Shown piece after piece: positions 57,810-64,000 of a stretch of DNA of 64,000 nt (position 1 is the first letter of the stretch; each line of letters begins with the position of its first letter). The stretch comes from an uncultured delta proteobacterium. GTDB lineage: Bacteria > Desulfobacterota > Syntrophorhabdia > Syntrophorhabdales > WCHB1-27. The notes beneath the pieces were generated by a model that was not told where the DNA came from, searched no databases, and saw nothing but the letters and a program-made list of their open reading frames with translations. The stretch is from NCBI GenBank assembly GCA_963810935.1, contig CAWEPK010000009.1, forward strand, positions 128,001-192,000. The letters are read 5' to 3'. The position numbers were made by a program, and so were the translations under genes.

Positions 57810-59123
57810 ATGAGACTTTCAATTATCCAGCCGTCGCATTACCGCTCAAAGAGCGACAGGTCGATTTTGAAGATAAAAAAGCGGCGTTTGACGGGCCTCA
57901 CGCTTCCCTATCTCGCGGCCCTTACGCCCGCCGGCTGGGACATCAGCCTGATCGACGAGCAGCTTACGGATATCGATTTCGATGCCCCGGTCGACCTGGC
58001 GGCCATCACGACGTGGACGATCAACTCCTTAAGGGCATATGAGATTGCGGATAATTTCAGGCGGCGTGGAGTGCCCGTTATCATGGGCGGCCCGCATACT
58101 TACTTTTACCCGGAGGAATCTGCCGCGCACTGCGATGCGGTCGGCATCGGCGAGGGGGAGAACATCTGGCCCGCGATGCTCGACGATTTCGCAAACGGGC
58201 GCCTCCGGAAGCTTTACAGCGCCCCCCATTCGCCGGACCTTGCGGACTTGCCCATGCCGCGATACGACCTGCTCGATTTTTCGAGATATACGCGAATAAA
58301 GACATACTCCGTACAGTCCTCGCGCGGCTGCCCATTCGAGTGCGAGTTCTGCTCGGAGCGCTTCTACCTCGGCCACCGCTACCGGTACCGGCCGGTAGCG
58401 GACGTAATCGCCGAGATCAGGCGCACCGGGGCGCACTACATCCTGTTCGCAGACAGTAATTTCGCCGGAAAACCGTCCCACACCAAAGAGCTGATGAAGG
58501 AACTCATCCCTCTGAAGGTACGCTGGTCCGCCCTGTGGCCCGCCTACCTCTGCAACGACCGGGAAATGATGAACCTCGCGGCGAAAAGCGGTCTCCTCCA
58601 CCTGAACATCGGCATCGAGAGCATCGACCAGGAGACGCTCATGGGGCTGAACAAATCGAGCAACAAGGTCAAGCAGTACAGGGAGATCCTGGGTAACCTG
58701 CGGAAAAGGAATATAAGCTACTCCCTCAATTTCATTTTCGGAACGGACACCGAAAAGGCGGACATCTTTACGTCAACCCTCGCTTTTCTGCGGGACGAGA
58801 AAGTCCCGGCCGCCTACTTCAACATACTTACCCCGCACAAAGGAACGCCGCTTTACGACCGCATGGCGGCAGAAGACAGGATCATCGATATCGACGGCAT
58901 AGGAAGGTGGCCCGGCATCCACTGCCACATAAAACCGAGCTACTGCTCCGCCGAGGAGATGGAAACGCACGTCAGGACTATGTACCGGAAGTTTTACAGC
59001 CTGCCCTCGATGCTCGCCCGCCTCTCCTTTCCGGTCAGGCAGACAGACATCGCATCATGGATGGTAAACCTCGAGCAGCGAAGGGTCTCCAGGACGGAGA
59101 CGGAGAACTTCGACTATTACTGA
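57810..59123 (+). CDS. B12-binding radical SAM protein
   Basis: LAALTP, DE, GGPH, GEGE, SRGCPFECEFC, TPHKGT. Confidence 0.9.
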   Translation: MRLSIIQPSHYRSKSDRSILKIKKRRLTGLTLPYLAALTPAGWDISLIDEQLTDIDFDAPVDLAAITTWTINSLRAYEIADNFRRRGVPVIMGGPHTYFYPEESAAHCDAVGIGEGENIWPAMLDDFANGRLRKLYSAPHSPDLADLPMPRYDLLDFSRYTRIKTYSVQSSRGCPFECEFCSERFYLGHRYRYRPVADVIAEIRRTGAHYILFADSNFAGKPSHTKELMKELIPLKVRWSALWPAYLCNDREMMNLAAKSGLLHLNIGIESIDQETLMGLNKSSNKVKQYREILGNLRKRNISYSLNFIFGTDTEKADIFTSTLAFLRDEKVPAAYFNILTPHKGTPLYDRMAAEDRIIDIDGIGRWPGIHCHIKPSYCSAEEMETHVRTMYRKFYSLPSMLARLSFPVRQTDIASWMVNLEQRRVSRTETENFDYY

Positions 59124-59318
59124 AAGTCCTACATCCGCGTAGACAACTATGCACGGTCCTACCTTTATGTAGCTTTCGGGGCGCCTTATTGGCTGTTGGA
59201 CGCCCCCCACACAGATTTACGCGCGACGGTTTTTATCTCTTTTTGACGCTTTGCGCCGACATTTTTACGCACAACCGATATGCAAACGTATAAGCTAGCG
59301 AGGAGACCATACAATGTA

Positions 59319-59334
59319 TGGCACGGTTATTGAT
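59319..59334 (+). promoter_or_regulatory. Possible sigma54 promoter of the porin gene
   Basis: TGGCAC-N5-TTGA; consensus -12 element is TTGC, so one mismatch at a conserved base. Confidence 0.4.
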
Positions 59335-59388
59335 ATAACGGGAGCCAGCAGGTTCTCTGTGTCGCTAATAAAGCAAGGAGGTGTGGGT

Positions 59389-60816
59389 ATGAAAGGTGTG
59401 GCATCAATCTTGGTCGGTTTGCTGCTTCTTGTTTCTTGGTGCGGATCGGTTTATGCGCAGGAAAAAGGAGCGGCGGTGCCGGAGGCCGGGAAGGATAGCT
59501 CGCCGAAGGTCGGCGACATGACGCTGGACGATCTGAAGAAAGCACTCGCAGCGCCACCGGCAGCACAGCCGGCCGCGCCACCGGCAGCACAGCCGGCCGC
59601 CCCACCGGCTGCAGCGCCGGCGCAAGGGACCGCACCGGCAGCCGCGGAGGCCCCAAAAGATACTTCTCCCAAGGTCGGCAACATGACGCTGGACGAGGTC
59701 AGAAAGGCCATCGGCTTCAGCGCCTATTTCCAGGGAGGATATCTCTTTAACACGAGGGACCCGGTCTCGCAGGAAAACCAGTTGCGGCTCTTCGACCATA
59801 AGGCCAACAGCTTCGGTCTTGACCTCGCGCAGTTGAGGTTCCAGAAGGACGCCGCCGACCCCGACAGCTTAGGCTATAATTTCAGGTTCTCCTTCGGGGA
59901 GACGGCCAAATTCATCCATTCGAGGGGACTCGGCCCTCAATTCAACAACCTCAACCCCGGAACGAGCGACATCCGGGACACGACCCCCTTCGACCTGACG
60001 GTGGCGAATGTGACATATAACGCTCCTCTCGGCAAGGGCCTCCAGTTTACTTTCGGCAAGTTTGCGACGCCTATGGGAGCGGAGGTTATAGAGGCATTGG
60101 ACAATATGAACTATTCGCGGTCCTTTCTCTTTAATTACGCCATACCCTTTACCCACACCGGCGTAAAGGCCTACTATCCCTTCTCAGACGCATTCAACGT
60201 CGCATTTTACGTAGTGAACGGATGGGACAATACGAACGACAATAACAACGGCAAGACGGTCGGGGTCTCTTTCGGCATTACGCCCGTGAAGCCCGTCACC
60301 TTCGCCTTCAACTTCATGTATGGGCCCGAGCAGGACAACAACAGCAGCAACGAGCGCTTCCTCTTCGACTGGGTGGCCACGTTCAACGCTACGGACAAGT
60401 TGACCTTCGTCCTGAACACGGACTATGCGACTGAGCAGGGTGTTTCCACCGCCCTTGGCACCGTTAACACGAAGTGGTACGGCGTCGCCGGCTACGCGAA
60501 ATACCAGTTCACCAATATATTCGCGGTAGCGCTGCGCGGCGAATGGTTCAAAGACCCGGACGGAGCGCGGACGACCTACACCACGCTGCCTGATGCCAGC
60601 GTCCTGCCGACGGGCATCGGCCAGACGCTCAAGGAAATTACGCTCACGCCCGAGTTCAAGGTTGCGAAGAACCTAATCGTGCGGCCTGAGTACCGCCACG
60701 ACTGGTCCGACAAGAACTCGTTCGGCGCCATCGGCTCCGCGCCTGTCGCGCTGCCCTCCGGACACGACAAGACGCAGGACACCATTGCAGTCGGTGTGAT
60801 GTACCTTTTTCAGTAA
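59389..60816 (+). CDS. Outer-membrane porin (OmpL-like/DUF1597-type) with Pro/Ala-rich N-terminal linker
   Basis: AAGGAGG SD, signal peptide, GKF.T.MG.E, NYSRSFLF, PFTHTG, RPEYRHD. Confidence 0.85.
   Translation: MKGVASILVGLLLLVSWCGSVYAQEKGAAVPEAGKDSSPKVGDMTLDDLKKALAAPPAAQPAAPPAAQPAAPPAAAPAQGTAPAAAEAPKDTSPKVGNMTLDEVRKAIGFSAYFQGGYLFNTRDPVSQENQLRLFDHKANSFGLDLAQLRFQKDAADPDSLGYNFRFSFGETAKFIHSRGLGPQFNNLNPGTSDIRDTTPFDLTVANVTYNAPLGKGLQFTFGKFATPMGAEVIEALDNMNYSRSFLFNYAIPFTHTGVKAYYPFSDAFNVAFYVVNGWDNTNDNNNGKTVGVSFGITPVKPVTFAFNFMYGPEQDNNSSNERFLFDWVATFNATDKLTFVLNTDYATEQGVSTALGTVNTKWYGVAGYAKYQFTNIFAVALRGEWFKDPDGARTTYTTLPDASVLPTGIGQTLKEITLTPEFKVAKNLIVRPEYRHDWSDKNSFGAIGSAPVALPSGHDKTQDTIAVGVMYLFQ
59551..59622 (+). 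repeat. 24-bp tandem repeat, 3 copies, encoding APPAAQPA
   Basis: GCGCCACCGGCAGCACAGCCGGCC twice exactly, plus one degenerate copy. Confidence 0.9.
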
Positions 60817-60835
60817 AATCAAGAAGGATGGAAAC

Positions 60836-60866
60836 AAAACGCCGGGCGGAGCCGCCCGGCGTTTTT
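60836..60866. terminator. Bidirectional intrinsic terminator
   Basis: AAAACGCCGGGCGG-AG-CCGCCCGGCGTTTTT between convergent genes. Confidence 0.88.
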
Positions 60867-60867
60867 C

Positions 60868-62181
60868 TTATAGATCGACGAGCATGATCTGGACGTCCAT
60901 TACGTTGGTGCCCGTGGGCCCGGTACGGAACAGGCCGCCCGCCTTTTCGAAGAAATGGTACGAGTCGTTGTCGGCCAGGTATTTTGCCGGGTCGATCCCG
61001 GCGGAGCGCGCGCGTATCGCTGTCGCGCCGTCCACGTAGGCCCCCGCCGCATCTGTGGGACCGTCGCTCCCGTCCGTGCCGGCCGATAAAAGGGCTATCC
61101 CCTCCTCGCCTTCCACCTCGAGGGCGAAGGCAAGGGCCAGCTCCGTGTTGCGGCCGCCGAGCCCGCGGCCCCTGACCGTTACGGTCGTCTCCCCTCCTGA
61201 GATCATGCAAAGGGGTCTACCGCCTGCGGCTTGCGCGCCTGCCCGGGCCGCGCGCGCCTGGGCGGCGAGCCACCTGCCCATATCCGCCGCCTCTCCGGAA
61301 ACATCCGTTGAAAGCACCCTGGCCGTAAAACCCAGCCTGCCGGCTTTCCACTGTGCCGCCTTTATGGCTGCCCGGTTATTCGCGACGATCGTGTTCCGCA
61401 CTTTGTCGAAGACGGGGTTGCCCTGTTTGGGCGTCTCGGCGACGCGCCCCGCAACGCCTTCCCGGAAGAGACCGGGAATGGCCGGCGGGACCTTGTCTGC
61501 GAGACCGAATTTCTCTATGACCTTAAGGGCGTCAGCGTACGTCGTGCTGTCCGGGGCCGTGGGCCCGGAAGCGATGACGTCCAGGGGGTCGCCCATTACG
61601 TCCGAGAGTATCATCGATTCGACCGTCGCCGGGCATGCGATCTCTGCAAGCCTGCCCCCCTTGACCATGGAGGCATGCTTACGGACCGCGTTCAGGTCGT
61701 TGATGTCCGCCCCCGCCTTCAGCAGCAGGTCGGTCGTCTTCTGTTTCTCGGCAAGCGTTATCCCCGTGTACGGGGCGACGAGGAGCGCCGATCCGCCGCC
61801 GGAGATAAGGCAGATGAAGAGTGTTTTCTCGTCGAAGGTGCGGGCGAGCTTCATCGCCTCCATCGTGGCCTTAAGCCCCGCTTCATCGGGAAGCGGGTGA
61901 CCCGCCTCGTGGACGGCGATCAGGTCCGATTTGCAGTCTACCCGGTAGCCGTGCTTGGTGATTGCAATCCCGCCCGTCAGCTTTTCGCCCATCCTGTCGG
62001 TGAGCGCCCGCAGCATGGGGGCAACCGCCTTTCCGAAGGCAAGCACGTAGAGCCTCGTAAAGCCGCCTCTCTCATACCTGGAAAGCAGCTCGTCGCCGTG
62101 CCGCGCCACCGCATCATAGGGGTCGGCCGCAGCCAGGGCATCAGCGAAAACGGCAGTCAACAGCACTTCAGCTTCGCTCAT
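60868..62181 (-). CDS. Glycerate 2-kinase (MOFRL family)
   Basis: FGKA, HPLPD, LISGGGS, SGGETTV, GGRN.E, GTDG.DG, TGTNVMD. Confidence 0.93.
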   Translation of the reverse strand: MSEAEVLLTAVFADALAAADPYDAVARHGDELLSRYERGGFTRLYVLAFGKAVAPMLRALTDRMGEKLTGGIAITKHGYRVDCKSDLIAVHEAGHPLPDEAGLKATMEAMKLARTFDEKTLFICLISGGGSALLVAPYTGITLAEKQKTTDLLLKAGADINDLNAVRKHASMVKGGRLAEIACPATVESMILSDVMGDPLDVIASGPTAPDSTTYADALKVIEKFGLADKVPPAIPGLFREGVAGRVAETPKQGNPVFDKVRNTIVANNRAAIKAAQWKAGRLGFTARVLSTDVSGEAADMGRWLAAQARAARAGAQAAGGRPLCMISGGETTVTVRGRGLGGRNTELALAFALEVEGEEGIALLSAGTDGSDGPTDAAGAYVDGATAIRARSAGIDPAKYLADNDSYHFFEKAGGLFRTGPTGTNVMDVQIMLVDL

Positions 62182-63176
62182 TTCGGGATACCTCGCCTTG
62201 TTCCCGCGCGCCGGGCGGCACGCGACCTGGCCGCGACAATCGATTCAGCGTCCCTGTATGCCTCGATCAAGCTCGTCGGGTCCGCTGTGCCTGTCCCGGC
62301 TATGTCCAGCCCCGTGCCGTGACCGACCGATGTCCTGACGAAAGGCAGGCCGAGCGTGATATTGACCGTCCTGCGGAAATCGACGGTCTTAACGGGGATG
62401 AGCCCCTGGTCGTGATACATGGCAACGTAGGCGTCGCACCGCTGCCCGTGAAAAAGGGAATCGGCGGGAAACGGGCCCGTCGCGTCGATTCCGGAAGCCC
62501 TCGCTTTTTCGATGGCCCCGGCAATCACCCCCTCCTCGCTGCCCAGTATACCCTGCTCGCCTGCGTGCGGGTTGAGCCCGCACACTTTTATGGCGGGCGA
62601 CGCTATGCCGAAATCAGTCCTCAGGGCCCTGTCGGTGACAGTGATGCAGGAGAGGACCCTCGCTGTATTTATGAGGCCGGGCACGTCTTTGAGGGGTACA
62701 TGAATCGTGACTAGACAGACCCTCATCTTCCGGTTTTTCATCATCATGACGTAATCGGTGACGCCTGCGAAATGCGCCAGGATTTCCGTATGGCCGGGGA
62801 ACGCTATACCGGCAGCCTGTATGGATTTCTTAGTTATGGGGCATGTCACGACCGCATCGACCGTGCCTGCCGAGATGAGCCTGAGGGCCTCCATCAGGTA
62901 TCGGTAAGACGCATCGCCGCAGGAGGCGTCAGTTTGTCCGAATCTGGCCTTCGTAATGAGTCCGAGGTCCACGAACTCGGCTAAGCCTGCTGGCGCCCGG
63001 CCTAACGGCTTGACCGCGACGCGGCGCCGGCCGATTGCCTTGAATGCCGCATTCAGAACGGAGGCATCGCCGATGATTACTGGCGTGCTTTTACGGGCAA
63101 GGATATCGACAGCCTTTGCAACCAGCTCCCCGCCTATGCCGGCGGGGTCTCCCATGGTTACGGCTATCCTGCTCAG
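62178..63176 (-). CDS. pdxA: 4-hydroxythreonine-4-phosphate dehydrogenase
   Basis: IAVTMGDPAGIG, GHTE, LNPHAGE, MYHDQG, RTSVGHGT. Confidence 0.95.
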   Translation of the reverse strand: MSRIAVTMGDPAGIGGELVAKAVDILARKSTPVIIGDASVLNAAFKAIGRRRVAVKPLGRAPAGLAEFVDLGLITKARFGQTDASCGDASYRYLMEALRLISAGTVDAVVTCPITKKSIQAAGIAFPGHTEILAHFAGVTDYVMMMKNRKMRVCLVTIHVPLKDVPGLINTARVLSCITVTDRALRTDFGIASPAIKVCGLNPHAGEQGILGSEEGVIAGAIEKARASGIDATGPFPADSLFHGQRCDAYVAMYHDQGLIPVKTVDFRRTVNITLGLPFVRTSVGHGTGLDIAGTGTADPTSLIEAYRDAESIVAARSRAARRAGTRRGIPK

Positions 63177-64000
63177 ATCTTGACCTCTATGTAGGAAGTC
63201 GACCGGAGCTTGGCTATCAGGCTCTTGTACCTTTTTTCCGCCTCTATTTGGAACAGGTTACTCCTGACGGACTCTTTCACCTTTTCAAAAGGGAGGGCCG
63301 CGCCCCTTTTCGTTTCGATGAGCTTGAGTATATGGTAGCCGAAGGGCGTGCGGATGACGTTGCTGAAGCTGCCGGGCAAAAGCAGGCCGACAGCCGCCCG
63401 AAGCTCAGGGATAAGCTCGTCCTTCTTGGTAAAGCCGGCCTCGCCCTGCGCGCCCGAAACCTCGTCCGAATACTCAGCGGACACTTCCTCGAAAGGCCTG
63501 CCCCCCTCCAGCGCGGTCCGGGCCTCCTGCGCGCGCTCGGCCGCATTTTTCCTCCGCGACGATACGAATACATGCTGAAGCTTCAACTCCTCCGGGGTGT
63601 AATCATTCAGATGAGCATCATAATATGCCTTGACGTTTTTCTCGTCCACGTCCACTTCCTGCATGATGGTCCTCGCCAGTACCTTTTGCCTGGTCAGGCC
63701 CACCCTGATGCCCTTGATGAATTCCTTATAGTCGATCTTGTCGTTCTTCAACTGCTGCTTCAGCTCGTCGTCCGTAATCATATTCTGTTTCTTGATGCCG
63801 TCGACGGTCTCCTGGATCTCCTTATCGGCGACCTCTATCTTGAGCTTCTTCGCCTGCTGGTTAATCAGCAGGCTCTCGATGAAGGCGTCGAGCTTCTCCC
63901 TGATCTGCATGTTGCGCATGTACTCGTTCATCGAGGAAAAACGGCTCTTCTTATCGACCGCTACAAACCTCTCCACTTCACGCAGAGTGACGACCTCGTC
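63173..64000 (-). CDS. surA: SurA-like parvulin PPIase/chaperone; 5' end outside the window
   Basis: SurA-N-like helical region, F..V..YS, TPFGYHILK; upstream of pdxA. Confidence 0.85.
   Translation of the reverse strand, partial: DEVVTLREVERFVAVDKKSRFSSMNEYMRNMQIREKLDAFIESLLINQQAKKLKIEVADKEIQETVDGIKKQNMITDDELKQQLKNDKIDYKEFIKGIRVGLTRQKVLARTIMQEVDVDEKNVKAYYDAHLNDYTPEELKLQHVFVSSRRKNAAERAQEARTALEGGRPFEEVSAEYSDEVSGAQGEAGFTKKDELIPELRAAVGLLLPGSFSNVIRTPFGYHILKLIETKRGAALPFEKVKESVRSNLFQIEAEKRYKSLIAKLRSTSYIEVKI

Overview
GC-rich bacterial chromosome segment. Gene content (pckG, lon, tex, ttuA/ttuB, spoVG, greA, lgt, pdxA/surA, PPi-type pfk, hopanoid cluster, outer-membrane barrels) suggests an anaerobic diderm, probably deltaproteobacterial/Desulfobacterota (inference). 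Main blocks: (1) housekeeping and carbon metabolism genes; (2) a lower-GC IetAS-like island (AAA ATPase + S8 protease, ~10.7-14.45 kb) with nearby hicBA, higBA and an orphan N4-C methyltransferase fused to an SNase-like domain; (3) a hopanoid cluster (hpnI, G, H, A, shc, K, J) with no recognisable squalene-synthesis genes but with embedded DUF116 and CruF-family genes; (4) a TPP riboswitch over an MFS transporter. Signals not captured by the ORF track: a four-copy ~80-nt intergenic element with covarying hairpins, a second short palindrome family, two basic microproteins, a promoter-driven structured RNA before a B12 radical SAM gene, several apparently leaderless genes, and a shared TGTATACA operator linking gntR-pckG with fba/pfk. 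Five genes carry small indels, which may be assembly errors. All family calls are from motif recognition by eye; no database searches were run.
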